The notes beneath the pieces are model-generated. The model worked only from the letters and a program-made list of their open reading frames with translations, made no database searches and was not told the DNA's origin. Positions 31,892 through 41,852 of a DNA stretch of 64,000 nucleotides are shown here, piece by piece. Numbering within the stretch: the first letter of the stretch is position 1; every line of letters begins with the position of its first letter. The DNA lies in IMG/VR virus record IMGVR_UViG_3300040801_002079, positions 252,802 through 316,801 of that record, one strand, 5' to 3'. The position numbers were made by a program, and so were the translations under genes.

Positions 31892-32437
31892 ATGGCAAAT
31901 TTCATTAAAAGGGCGCAGACCGTACAAGAAGTGGGACTTAAGGATAATTCCAGTATAACCCGTGTGGATATGTATGTTCAGCAATTAAATTCAAAAAATT
32001 CCAGTAAGGTAATGGAACTTTCTAGAGGTGATTTTGAAAAAAACACTGTAGAAGATAACGCCGCCTTTTTTACATCCGAAGATACAAACCCCCTAATCTC
32101 CGGGCTTAAAGCCTTAGATAGAGCATCGATGGTTATAGTAGGAAAACGGGCATGTAGCACATTTGCATTTTCTGATGATATGGTATGCTCAACTCCATAC
32201 TTTATTAAAAAGGCTGATCTTTCTGAGGCAAAAGATATAATTCTAAGAAACCTAAGTATGCGAGAGCCAGTATTAGCAGGAGTTCCAAAAAAACGACCCC
32301 TCGCTATAGCCTTTGATGAATTAGCAATGCGTATAACAAAAGATGTTAGATCAGGAAATTCAGTCTTTGATAAGTACATCGATGAAGTCATAATGAAAGG
32401 AACTGAAGCAATGAAGGAATGGATTTACAATGGCTAG
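31892..32437 (+). CDS. Hypothetical late protein
   Basis: 181-aa ORF 5 nt after TATAAATA; overlaps the next gene. Confidence 0.6.
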   Translation: MANFIKRAQTVQEVGLKDNSSITRVDMYVQQLNSKNSSKVMELSRGDFEKNTVEDNAAFFTSEDTNPLISGLKALDRASMVIVGKRACSTFAFSDDMVCSTPYFIKKADLSEAKDIILRNLSMREPVLAGVPKKRPLAIAFDELAMRITKDVRSGNSVFDKYIDEVIMKGTEAMKEWIYNG

Positions 32438-33389
32438 CCGTGAGTCCAGATTTGGAGTAGCTCTCTTTGGTGAGCATAGGCAAATATCAGATGATTTTGC
32501 AGGTATAGATGCTCCAAAGTTAAAATTTAACTTCACAATGAGTATAACATATTCTGATATGTTTTCAGCATATGGCGGAGATGATGATCCATATGAAATA
32601 ACATTCGCCATAAAACAAATAACCCGCCCAGCACCAAACGTCATATATGAAGATGTAAACTTTTATAATTTTATGACAAAGGTTGCAACGAGGGTAGATT
32701 TTGGTGTCGTGACGGTAACACTATTTGATGATAGGACAAATAAAGCCCATGATTTATTTCAAAAATACATGGAAAGTATAAGTCCTGTGACAAATATAAC
32801 AAAAGAGTCGGCACCCGTTTTACAAAACTATGGACAATCAACCACAGCATTATTGGGTCCAATGGGAGATAATGGTGAGCATGGGCCTATCCATAATATA
32901 AGGGTTAATCATTTAATTGATCACAATGGATCAAAAGTTATATATGATTTTTTAAATCCCAAAATACAGAATGTTGTATTAGATGAACTTGATATGACAC
33001 AATCTGATGTCAACACTGTTACGTTCACGTTCATTTATGATAGCTATAATGTAACAACAGAGCGGACATCATCTAATGGTTCAACGGAGTCTGTTGAATA
33101 TTCCGAGGATAGATTATTAAACGGACCCGGAGGAGCAGTGGGTGGATTAGCTTCAAATTCTCCAATACCACTGGAAGATTTACCAAATGAAGGCATGACA
33201 CAAACTGTATCGATAAGCGAACTGCCCAATACCCCAACATTATTACAACAGATCAGGGATCAAATAAACATAGATGGTATACCATCACAAGTGTTGGTCG
33301 AGCAATTACAGAAGATGGGCGTGGATACTGGAGGATTAGCTGGATCAGCCATAAGGTCCGTAATTAGACAAATAATAGGGAGCGGCTAA
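32430..33389 (+). CDS. Second tail-tube-fold protein (gp48/gp54-like)
   Basis: APKLKFNF, KQITRP, VNFYN, VTVTLFDD, NPKI....LDELD, FTFIYD. Confidence 0.7.
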   Translation: MASRESRFGVALFGEHRQISDDFAGIDAPKLKFNFTMSITYSDMFSAYGGDDDPYEITFAIKQITRPAPNVIYEDVNFYNFMTKVATRVDFGVVTVTLFDDRTNKAHDLFQKYMESISPVTNITKESAPVLQNYGQSTTALLGPMGDNGEHGPIHNIRVNHLIDHNGSKVIYDFLNPKIQNVVLDELDMTQSDVNTVTFTFIYDSYNVTTERTSSNGSTESVEYSEDRLLNGPGGAVGGLASNSPIPLEDLPNEGMTQTVSISELPNTPTLLQQIRDQINIDGIPSQVLVEQLQKMGVDTGGLAGSAIRSVIRQIIGSG

Positions 33390-33850
33390 TGGGATGGAAA
33401 CAAAAATTATATGAACTTAACAATCCCCAGAAATATATTGGCGATCCTCGCAAGCTAGTCTACAAGTCCTCATGGGAAGAAGAAGCCTTTAAGGTGTGTG
33501 ATAATAACCCTAATGTTATAGAATGGGGATACGAAATAGTTGATATACCATACGCTGTTCCGGGGAAAACCAATCCTAATGTTAAAAGAATAAAAAAGTA
33601 TTTTCCAGACCTTTATGTGGTATCAAAAACCTCTGATAATAAAATTAGAAAACAGATGATTGAGATTAAACCCGATAAACAAACAAAGCCGGGAAGATCA
33701 AGAAATCCAAAAACTCGTCTTTATGAAGAGTATGTGTTCACCATAAATCAATTAAAATGGGCCGCAGCAGAAGAATGGTGTAAAGCCCGTGGTATAGAAT
33801 TTGTAGTTGTGACTGAAAAATCGTTATTCGGAAATAGAAGTAAAAGATAA
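33389..33850 (+). CDS. gp4: Head completion nuclease gp4-like (TnsA-type PD-(D/E)xK)
   Basis: NPQKYIGD, YKSSWE, IPY, YFPDL, IEIKP, NQLKWAAA, VVTE. Confidence 0.9.
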   Translation: MGWKQKLYELNNPQKYIGDPRKLVYKSSWEEEAFKVCDNNPNVIEWGYEIVDIPYAVPGKTNPNVKRIKKYFPDLYVVSKTSDNKIRKQMIEIKPDKQTKPGRSRNPKTRLYEEYVFTINQLKWAAAEEWCKARGIEFVVVTEKSLFGNRSKR

Positions 33851-33896
33851 GTTTTTGTTATAAATAGTTAAAGAACCATTATTATGGAGTTTTTAC

Positions 33897-35630
33897 ATGA
33901 AACACAAAGTTAATGAAACCGCAGCCGCTGGGTCAGTGGGTGCACATGCAATCGCCGTTGCACCATCTCGCGTGGGAGCGACTAAAAAGAGAGACTTTAA
34001 AAGCTTCCTAGTCAGCTTTTATGATGGACTTGGAAATAAACTGCGTATGCATCCCGTAAACCTTTATAAGCTAGAACCAAACAAAAAGGTTAAGGTTGTT
34101 TCATCTGTTAATGAAAACTTCAATTTAGACAGCGTATTAGCTCAACTCAGTAATTTTGAAAATAAAACCAATGCTACCGAAGAGGATGTAGTTTCATACG
34201 GTGTTGAAGATGATAAGGGCAACCTAATGAAGGTTACCATTCTCAATACACAAGCAGAAGATTTCGAGGCGTACATATCCGCATATTTGTCAGAATTAAA
34301 AAACTTTGAAAATAGTGGCGTAGATTTAGAGGACATTTCACTCGCGGAACTTTTATATAAACTAAAAGACCTTTTCGATATAAGAGATGTTGAATTCCCC
34401 AACATTCCGGAAGATGTAGTATATAATGCGGATGAAGTCAGCGATAGTGTTGAAGATTTACAGCAAGCTGATGAATTCGGTGACGAAGACATGGGTGAGT
34501 TTGGTGACGAAGAATTTGGCGACGAAGATATGGGCGAATTCGGTGACGAGGGGTTTGACGAAGGCGAATTCGAAGGGGAAGATTTTGGTGACGAAGAGTT
34601 AGGTGACGAAGAATTTGGAGAAGAAGGCTTTGAAGATGATGAATCCGTAGAAGACTTTGAAGAGTTCGAAGATGAATCCGATACTCAGTCATTACTCAAT
34701 AGCATTATTGATATGCTAAAAACTCAGGCTGAAGAGCAAAAGGCACGTTATGAGGCTGATGCTGAAAGGTATAGAGCGGATCAGGCAGAATTTTCAGCTA
34801 GAGCGGCGGAAGCAAAGCTAGCAGATGCGGAAGAAATGATTGCAATGCAGGCAGAGAAGGATAAGCAGAAACAGCAAGAGAAGGAAGCTAAGAAACATGC
34901 TGATCTTGCCACTTATCGTTACAAGAGAAGCAGGGGCATGTTGGATGACGCTAATCCCACATTTGAAGGATTCGATGATGATAGCTTATTAATGGACGCA
35001 GTACTTAATGAGGAAGATATTGTAATTGATCCATCATTACTACGGCGTGAATATATGGTTGAACGCAGGAAGATAATGGATGCCATTAATAATGCAGAAA
35101 ATGATGAAGAAAAGAAGGCCCTACAAAAGCAGCTTCAGCTTCTTCCTCGTAAGTATATGATAAAACGTCAAGAGGCCGAAGCAAGGGGAGAGCAGAAGGA
35201 CGCTCAGAGATTAGATAATAACAGGGAAGAAGAAGAGCAGAACAATCAAAATCGCCCACAAGACCCACGAGCGCAACAGCAACAGGCGCAAAGTGGTCAG
35301 TATATGGAAAGCTCTGAGTACATCATCGAAACAATATCAGAAGAAGAATATGAAAAGCTGGAAGAGGGTGCCAAACGTCAGTTCAAGCGTTACGGGAATA
35401 AGTTTGTAAGAAAATTCCGTTGTTATGGTGGACCAAAAGATGGACGTATGGTATCTAAAGCGGCTGATTGTGGAATCAGGAAAGACCCGTTTAAGGTTCG
35501 TCAGGGCAAAAGAAGTGCCAGAAGAAAGAAGGGGCAGCGTGTTCGTAAGACCAGATTAACTAAAAGAAAGGCTCCTTCACAGAGAGTAACCCGTATGAAT
35601 AAAATATTACGAGGGGACAAGAAGGGATAA
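33897..35630 (+). CDS. Putative prohead core / internal protein with acidic repeats and basic C-terminus
   Basis: TATAAATA at 33859; EFGDE repeats; coiled coil; Arg/Lys-rich C-terminal domain with two Cys. Confidence 0.5.
   Translation: MKHKVNETAAAGSVGAHAIAVAPSRVGATKKRDFKSFLVSFYDGLGNKLRMHPVNLYKLEPNKKVKVVSSVNENFNLDSVLAQLSNFENKTNATEEDVVSYGVEDDKGNLMKVTILNTQAEDFEAYISAYLSELKNFENSGVDLEDISLAELLYKLKDLFDIRDVEFPNIPEDVVYNADEVSDSVEDLQQADEFGDEDMGEFGDEEFGDEDMGEFGDEGFDEGEFEGEDFGDEELGDEEFGEEGFEDDESVEDFEEFEDESDTQSLLNSIIDMLKTQAEEQKARYEADAERYRADQAEFSARAAEAKLADAEEMIAMQAEKDKQKQQEKEAKKHADLATYRYKRSRGMLDDANPTFEGFDDDSLLMDAVLNEEDIVIDPSLLRREYMVERRKIMDAINNAENDEEKKALQKQLQLLPRKYMIKRQEAEARGEQKDAQRLDNNREEEEQNNQNRPQDPRAQQQQAQSGQYMESSEYIIETISEEEYEKLEEGAKRQFKRYGNKFVRKFRCYGGPKDGRMVSKAADCGIRKDPFKVRQGKRSARRKKGQRVRKTRLTKRKAPSQRVTRMNKILRGDKKG
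34470..34680 (+). repeat. Coding acidic repeat (EFGDE/DMGE)n
   Basis: GGTGACGAAGA-type units recur several times. Confidence 0.85.
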
Positions 35631-35632
35631 GC

Positions 35633-36166
35633 ATGACAACATTTTCATCTATAAATGAACTTGAGGAATGGTTAAAAGAATCTGAACTTGACATTAAAGA
35701 TGTTGAGGTCAGGAGAATCATAAAAGAAGAAAATGAGCTAACCTCAGTTACCAGTGATACCATTACCATAACATCGACAGATAATGCTAACCAGACATGG
35801 GTGGCATCGGACAATATTAGTACATCAGTTTCAGTTCCTTCCGTATTTTCAACGGAAGATATAAAGGTTGAGGTTAAATCGTTATCTGAGCAACCCGCAT
35901 ATAAAATTATGCCATTATCCGAAGGCGCTGATTCCGATAGTGAAAATGTATGGTTTGTTGATGATTATGAGTCGGTGGAAGGTGCATGTTCGACAAGTAA
36001 GATTCTATATAAGGGATCAACTCTACTCATGAATGTCTGCGAATCAGAGGGTGTATCCAAGGTTTCACTGATTTTAGAAATAGATGGAGAAATCAAACGA
36101 GTTCCATTTAAGCTTGAAAAGGCTTGCCAATCATGTGAGGATCATGATATGATTATTTCCTTATAA
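35633..36166 (+). CDS. Hypothetical protein
   Basis: 177-aa ORF tightly packed in the operon; no catalytic motif recognised. Confidence 0.6.
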   Translation: MTTFSSINELEEWLKESELDIKDVEVRRIIKEENELTSVTSDTITITSTDNANQTWVASDNISTSVSVPSVFSTEDIKVEVKSLSEQPAYKIMPLSEGADSDSENVWFVDDYESVEGACSTSKILYKGSTLLMNVCESEGVSKVSLILEIDGEIKRVPFKLEKACQSCEDHDMIISL

Positions 36167-36177
36167 GGGAAATTATC

Positions 36178-36792
36178 ATGAAAAATCCGTTCTTAATCTT
36201 TGAGAATTTTATATCTCCACTTCAGTGTGAAGATATAATTATAGGCAATAACAACACCTTTCCTAATCTTGATAAACACAATAAGGTGCAGCCACTCTAT
36301 TCTCGCAATGGGCTGGCTGAGACGCGAATATTACCTCAAGTTAAAGCAGAAGTTATTCCACGAGTTGAAGAATATTACGATGTGGAGGTTAAAGGCATTA
36401 CCCCGTTTATGATGGAATGGTATGCCGCAGGATACGAAGGAACCAATAAACCTCGTTGCGAAAACTCCATATATCTAAATGGAAAATGGCAAAGATCAAA
36501 CAATAATGATTTTACTGCCGTTATTTTCTTAAACGATTATAATGATGAAACTCCATTTGATGATGAGTATGAAGTTTTTGGTGGACAATTAGAGTTTATA
36601 ACACACGGATTTAGCTTCAACCCCCAACGTGGAACATTGATTATATTCCCCGGTGCCCCTAATTTCATAAACAATACAGCAGAAGTTAAGGCAGGAGAAT
36701 TAACCCAAATACGATTCCATATTGCAACCCACGAACTTTTTGTGTATGATATGGAAAAATTCAAAGGCAACTTTGAAACATGGTTTAAATAA
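36178..36792 (+). CDS. 2OG-Fe(II) oxygenase-fold (prolyl-hydroxylase-like) protein with atypical metal ligands
   Basis: IFENFISPLQCE, TAVIFLND, FGGQLEF, PQRGTLIIFP, distal R; HxD and H positions read RCE and N. Confidence 0.7.
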   Translation: MKNPFLIFENFISPLQCEDIIIGNNNTFPNLDKHNKVQPLYSRNGLAETRILPQVKAEVIPRVEEYYDVEVKGITPFMMEWYAAGYEGTNKPRCENSIYLNGKWQRSNNNDFTAVIFLNDYNDETPFDDEYEVFGGQLEFITHGFSFNPQRGTLIIFPGAPNFINNTAEVKAGELTQIRFHIATHELFVYDMEKFKGNFETWFK

Positions 36793-36803
36793 AGGAGATT
36801 AAA

Positions 36804-37085
36804 ATGACCGATTTACTAGACACTGATTTTGTTCCATCCGATCCAGCAATTCGCAAACAGGTTCGAGACGCGATCTTTGAAGCTGCGGGATTGAAGCAGA
36901 TACAGAAGGATAAGGGTGACCAGATTAAAGACATCGTTGATATGCTTTATGATGATCACGGCATTCCAAAGAAGACCTCGCGTAAGGCAATCATGATTGC
37001 GTTCAAGGACAACTATCAGGAAACTACCGTTGAAAATAGTATGCTTGAAGTTTTCGTTGAAAATGTAGGAATTGTTAATAACTAA
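36804..37085 (+). CDS. T4 DsbA-like dsDNA-binding protein
   Basis: 93 aa; IKDIVDMLYDDHGIPKKTSRKAIMIAFKDNY pattern; AAGGAG RBS. Confidence 0.6.
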   Translation: MTDLLDTDFVPSDPAIRKQVRDAIFEAAGLKQIQKDKGDQIKDIVDMLYDDHGIPKKTSRKAIMIAFKDNYQETTVENSMLEVFVENVGIVNN

Positions 37086-39704
37086 ATGTATATCTCATCG
37101 ATGCTTTCTCCAGACTACACTAGTGTTGTAGTCTGGGAACGCAATGGCAATAAAAGAGAAAGAAAGACTTACGATCTTGACCTGTCCTTTTATATTCCAC
37201 ATGAGGATGGGACGGATGAGGACATCTATGGCAATAAGCTTAAGAAGTTAACATTCGATACATTACGAGATTACAACAATGCTCGTAAAATGTATAAGGA
37301 TCGCGGTAAACAACTCTACGAGTCCGACATTTCTGTAGAGCAAAAGGTAATGTCCAAGCACTATTACGGTGCTGAAATGGGACCACTCAATATTACATTT
37401 TTTGATATTGAGGTCGATTATTGCAAAGATAGGGGGTTCTCCAGTGTGGAGCACCCCTACGCTCCCATTAGCTCTATAGCGTTATATCATTTACATACGC
37501 ATAAGCGTGTCATTTTTGCTGTGCCCCCGCAATACAGTCCGTATGAGCCAACGGAAAAAGAATACACCATTGATGATATTAGTGAAAACGTTACATCAAA
37601 GGCTAAAATTGTTATATGTAAAAGCGAAAGAGAATTACTAGACGCATTTTTGCGTGAAATTCAAGACACTGATTTGATTTCGGGATGGAACTCTGATTAT
37701 TTCGATATTCCATATACGTATAAAAGAATTAGAGATGTTCTGGGTAAACGAAGTTTACCCCGCATGTGTTTCCCCGATAGTAAGTCTCCCACGATACGAC
37801 CCGTTGAGCGAGAAGTTACACAAGGATTCAAAGTCACGGAAGAGGTTGTTCGCCTATTCGGAAGAACCACGGTTGACTACAAATTAATATATGAAAAATT
37901 TGAGCGTGAGAATAAAGCATCTTACGCATTGGCCTATATTGCGGAAGAAGAATTCCCCGATATGCGCAAACTGGAATACGAAGGATCACTATACGATCTT
38001 TATAGATCAGACTTTAGTTATTACCTAGAGTACAACATGATTGATACTGAGATTCTAGTAGAGTTAGAGGAAAAGAAAAAGTATATAGCGCTTACATTGC
38101 AGTCATCTCATATGGCTACAGGACAGGTGGCTCAAATCTATGGAACTATTAAGCTAGCAGAACTTGCTATTATCAATTATTGTCATTATGAATTGAACAA
38201 GCGAGTGCCAGATTCAAAGAACCACGATTACTTCTCTAAGTATGGCGGAGCCTTCGTACTGGACTGCCAAAGAGGGGAACATAAAATGGTGGGGTCAGTT
38301 GACGTTGAATCTCTGTATCCAACGGGTATCATGAGCGTCAATGCTAGTCCCGAAACCATCATAGGACAATTTGAAGATAATGAACTAGCATATGCTGCGA
38401 TAGCTGATGCAACCGGAGAAGAGTTATCGTTTGCATATGAAAACGGAGATGTTGCTGTAAAAACAACGGAAGAGTGGAGGCAACTCTTTAAGGATAAGAA
38501 TTATACACTGAGTGGATATGGAACCGTATTTGATCAGAATAATAAGGGTGTAATTCCCGCTGTTCTTGAATCATGGTTTGCAGAACGGCGACAGTATAAA
38601 GGTGAGCTTGCAAAATATAAAGATGAGCTTGAAGCGTTAGATAAAAGCGATCCAAAATATAATGAAGTTAAAGAGAAAACGGAATTTTATGATAGGTTAC
38701 AGTATATTAAAAAAATTCAGCTTAACTCACTATATGGATGCATGGGTAACAAATTTTTCAAATTCTTTGATATACGCTTAGCCGAAACAACAACCAAAAC
38801 AGGACGAGAAATCCTGATCCATATGGCGAAGCATATTGGAGAAACCCTTGATGGTGAGTATACATTCCCCACGGATTCTGTTGTATATGGCGATACCGAT
38901 AGCTGCTATTTTAAAACACACACTGATAACATAAATGATGCTAAACGAGTGTGTACGTACATTGAAAACTCTATTAATAAGAGTTTCCCTGTATTCATGA
39001 AAGAACGTTTCTTCTGTGACGATCAAAGAGCAAGCAGGGCAAGAGTTGAAAGTGAAATCATTTCTGATATTGGAATTTTTGTAAGTAAGAAGATATACTT
39101 ACTACATCTGGTTCACAGTGATGGACAGGATGTTGACAAAATGAAGATTATGGGTCATGCTGTAAAGAAGACAAATATTACAAAGACCGTTAAAACTCAT
39201 TTAACTGAAATTTTAGAAAGTTATTTTAAAACTCATGATTGGGCTAAGTTTAATAAGGATATTGTCAAGTTTAAAAAGTTCTTAGAACACGATGCATCAA
39301 TTGAAGATATTGGGTTGCCCGGAAAGGTTAATAAGGTTGAACCTTATACAGAACAGTTCAACGCTGATCCAAACGCCCGCTTGCCCGGAAGACAGAGTGC
39401 TGCAATTTTTTGGAATATATGTCTGGATAAGTATGAAGATTTAGAATCACCAAAAATAACAAGCCAGATGGCAGTGCGAACATATTACTTAGATATGGAA
39501 TTTGGTAGATTTGGAAGTATCGCAGTTCCATCAGATTTGGTTACCATACCAGACTGGTTTAAGGAAAATTTTGTTCCAATTATTGATGTAGACAAACAGA
39601 TTAATAGGTTGGTTGATAAAACTCTTACCAATATATGCGAAGCTGTAGGAAAATTGGTTCCCACTGACAAGGCTGTATTGGCAGATGAACTATTGGTATA
39701 TTAG
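37086..39704 (+). CDS. gp43: Family B DNA polymerase (gp43-like)
   Basis: ExoI FFDIEV, ExoII GWNSDYFDIPY, ExoIII YNMID, DVESLYP, KIQLNSLYG, YGDTDS. Confidence 0.97.
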   Translation: MYISSMLSPDYTSVVVWERNGNKRERKTYDLDLSFYIPHEDGTDEDIYGNKLKKLTFDTLRDYNNARKMYKDRGKQLYESDISVEQKVMSKHYYGAEMGPLNITFFDIEVDYCKDRGFSSVEHPYAPISSIALYHLHTHKRVIFAVPPQYSPYEPTEKEYTIDDISENVTSKAKIVICKSERELLDAFLREIQDTDLISGWNSDYFDIPYTYKRIRDVLGKRSLPRMCFPDSKSPTIRPVEREVTQGFKVTEEVVRLFGRTTVDYKLIYEKFERENKASYALAYIAEEEFPDMRKLEYEGSLYDLYRSDFSYYLEYNMIDTEILVELEEKKKYIALTLQSSHMATGQVAQIYGTIKLAELAIINYCHYELNKRVPDSKNHDYFSKYGGAFVLDCQRGEHKMVGSVDVESLYPTGIMSVNASPETIIGQFEDNELAYAAIADATGEELSFAYENGDVAVKTTEEWRQLFKDKNYTLSGYGTVFDQNNKGVIPAVLESWFAERRQYKGELAKYKDELEALDKSDPKYNEVKEKTEFYDRLQYIKKIQLNSLYGCMGNKFFKFFDIRLAETTTKTGREILIHMAKHIGETLDGEYTFPTDSVVYGDTDSCYFKTHTDNINDAKRVCTYIENSINKSFPVFMKERFFCDDQRASRARVESEIISDIGIFVSKKIYLLHLVHSDGQDVDKMKIMGHAVKKTNITKTVKTHLTEILESYFKTHDWAKFNKDIVKFKKFLEHDASIEDIGLPGKVNKVEPYTEQFNADPNARLPGRQSAAIFWNICLDKYEDLESPKITSQMAVRTYYLDMEFGRFGSIAVPSDLVTIPDWFKENFVPIIDVDKQINRLVDKTLTNICEAVGKLVPTDKAVLADELLVY

Positions 39705-39706
39705 AT

Positions 39707-40444
39707 ATGATTAAATTATCAGAAAAAACATTAAAGATTATTAATGACATTATAGATGTTGGGCAACTATTCAACATCGGTGTCTTCATTCTTGATAAGA
39801 ATGGCATTAGAGCTAAAGCAGAAGAATCTTACATATTCTTAATGAAGCATCAACCACTTGATTTTTTGGAATTCGATTCTCTATGTATTAGTCGAGTTTC
39901 GGATTTTAAAACACGAATAAAGTTCATGGAAAGCACCAGTGGAAAGAGTGGGTTTGATATTTTCGCGGCAGAAACTAAGACCCTTGATTCTGGTGACAAT
40001 ATTGTATTAAAGCTACGACTAATTTCTGATAGAACGAGTGTCGAAATAACGGGAGACAACGGAGCCAAGCACCAGCTTCCGAAACAGGTGAATGATGAAG
40101 ATATGGTATCCTTTACTCTCAGTCATGATAGTATTGAAGTTCTCAGTAAATTACCCCGAGCAATTCAGAATAAAAATAAGGCTCTAAATATTAAAATGGT
40201 TAATGGGATTGTTGTCGCATCGTCACGCGATGTTCACCGTGATTACGTACAGCACATTATATCTGAATCTCCTGAATTTATGGGAGATTCAGAACCATTC
40301 GACTTCACATACAACTTAACTAATATTGTTCCAATGATCAGAGGCAGAATGAGTCTGGATGTAACATTAACCAAACGGGGAGTTATGCGTACAACATTAA
40401 ATGATATTGATGTCGCTATATTCCCTGAAAAAATTGCAGACTAA
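39707..40444 (+). CDS. Putative sliding clamp (gp45/PCNA fold)
   Basis: 245 aa, MIKLSEKTLKII start as in gp45, two-domain alpha/beta pattern, directly after the polymerase. Confidence 0.55.
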   Translation: MIKLSEKTLKIINDIIDVGQLFNIGVFILDKNGIRAKAEESYIFLMKHQPLDFLEFDSLCISRVSDFKTRIKFMESTSGKSGFDIFAAETKTLDSGDNIVLKLRLISDRTSVEITGDNGAKHQLPKQVNDEDMVSFTLSHDSIEVLSKLPRAIQNKNKALNIKMVNGIVVASSRDVHRDYVQHIISESPEFMGDSEPFDFTYNLTNIVPMIRGRMSLDVTLTKRGVMRTTLNDIDVAIFPEKIAD

Positions 40445-40453
40445 GGAGACGGT

Positions 40454-40834
40454 ATGTTTAAATCAACCGAAAATAAGTTAAAAGAGTTACTTGCTGATTA
40501 TAAATCCACTTTGTTAGAAGATGCTGAATTTATGTCAAAACTTGGAAAGGCTGTTGAAACTGCTAGAGCAGTTGAAGTTTCCAAGATGCGTGAGCGTAAG
40601 CTCGAAGAGTTTACAGAAAAAGAGCTTGAAATGGAAAACTCAGCGGAACCATGGTGTGATATGATGGTGATAGGCGTTGATGATACGCGAGGAGTTGCCA
40701 TAAGAACCGGATGGAACACAGCCTTCATAAAATATCTAAAAGAAAATGGGTTTACCGGGGAAGATGAAGAGGCAATTGTGCAGCACTGGATCGGAAGGCT
40801 GGGTATAGAAACCATGCTGGACGATTATGACTAA
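40454..40834 (+). CDS. Conserved-looking hypothetical phage protein
   Basis: AAGGAG RBS; EPW...GWNTAFIKYLKENGFTGEDEEAIVQHW. Confidence 0.65.
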   Translation: MFKSTENKLKELLADYKSTLLEDAEFMSKLGKAVETARAVEVSKMRERKLEEFTEKELEMENSAEPWCDMMVIGVDDTRGVAIRTGWNTAFIKYLKENGFTGEDEEAIVQHWIGRLGIETMLDDYD

Positions 40835-41852
40835 ACTGAAAAACCTAATAATTGATGGTAATGCAGTCCTCTATAAGTATTTTTTTGGATACAAAAAATA
40901 CGACATAGATGACATTATTGCTGTCGCCCATGTAAACACTCTATACAAAATACAATATTTGGCAAACCGATATAAGGTTGACAACATTGTTGTAGTATTT
41001 GATTGTTTTAATAAGGGATGGAGAAAGGTATATACTAGTAATTTAAATCCCGAAAAGGTAACACATAGACCTTATAAAGCGGGCAGAAGAGAAAATCTCT
41101 CTCCGAGCGACGAAAAGAAATTAAAAGAGTTTGATGCAAGCATCCACAGATATGTGGATTTCTTTAAAACTCAAACTTCTGTGCTATGCTTGCAAGGCAA
41201 TTCACTAGAGGGTGATGATTTAATTGCGGGATATGTACGCCGCTTTCCCAATGATGATCACATTATCTACAGTTCTGATAAAGACTTTATGCAGCTAATC
41301 AACAGCATTACTGGAACAGTAACTCTTGTTGAAAGTCAGAATGACACTGAGCGTAGTTTAGAAGACTGGAATAATGATCCTGAGTTGTTTCTTTTTGAAA
41401 AATGTTTCAGGGGGGAACCAAGGGGCGGGGATAATGTGCAAAACGCTTATCCCCGGCTTCTCAAGAAAAAAATATTCGCGGCTTATGAGGATGATTATTT
41501 AAAAAATAATATTTTTAACAACACATTTGTTGTAACTGAACTAGATGATGATGATAATGTTATTGAGTATAATTATAGAACCGGAGATTTATTTAAAGAA
41601 AATAAATTATTAATGGGTTTGAATCATCAACCTGATTACATCAAGGGATTAATTGATGTGACGATAGATGAAGGAATAAAGGATATTGGTAAATTCAATT
41701 ATGTTCAGTTTTTAAGATTTTGTAAACAGCATGGCATGGATGCAGCGATAAAAGAAAAGGAAAAATTTATCGATGTTCTATCAAGACCTTATCGATTATC
41801 ATCGTCTGGGTCATTATCCGGTGCAGCATCCCCCCAGAAGCCCTCAGATTGA
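40827..41852 (+). CDS. rnh: RNase H / FEN-type 5'-3' exonuclease (T4 rnh-like)
   Basis: IIDGN, VVFD, WRK, YKAGR, EGDDLIA, SSDKDFMQL, GE..GDNV. Confidence 0.9.
   Translation: MTKLKNLIIDGNAVLYKYFFGYKKYDIDDIIAVAHVNTLYKIQYLANRYKVDNIVVVFDCFNKGWRKVYTSNLNPEKVTHRPYKAGRRENLSPSDEKKLKEFDASIHRYVDFFKTQTSVLCLQGNSLEGDDLIAGYVRRFPNDDHIIYSSDKDFMQLINSITGTVTLVESQNDTERSLEDWNNDPELFLFEKCFRGEPRGGDNVQNAYPRLLKKKIFAAYEDDYLKNNIFNNTFVVTELDDDDNVIEYNYRTGDLFKENKLLMGLNHQPDYIKGLIDVTIDEGIKDIGKFNYVQFLRFCKQHGMDAAIKEKEKFIDVLSRPYRLSSSGSLSGAASPQKPSD

Noticed and set aside
37086-39704. Intein or intron in the polymerase (also checked helicase, gp46 and thyA)
   Set aside because: Motifs are contiguous, sizes are ordinary and no splice-junction motifs were seen
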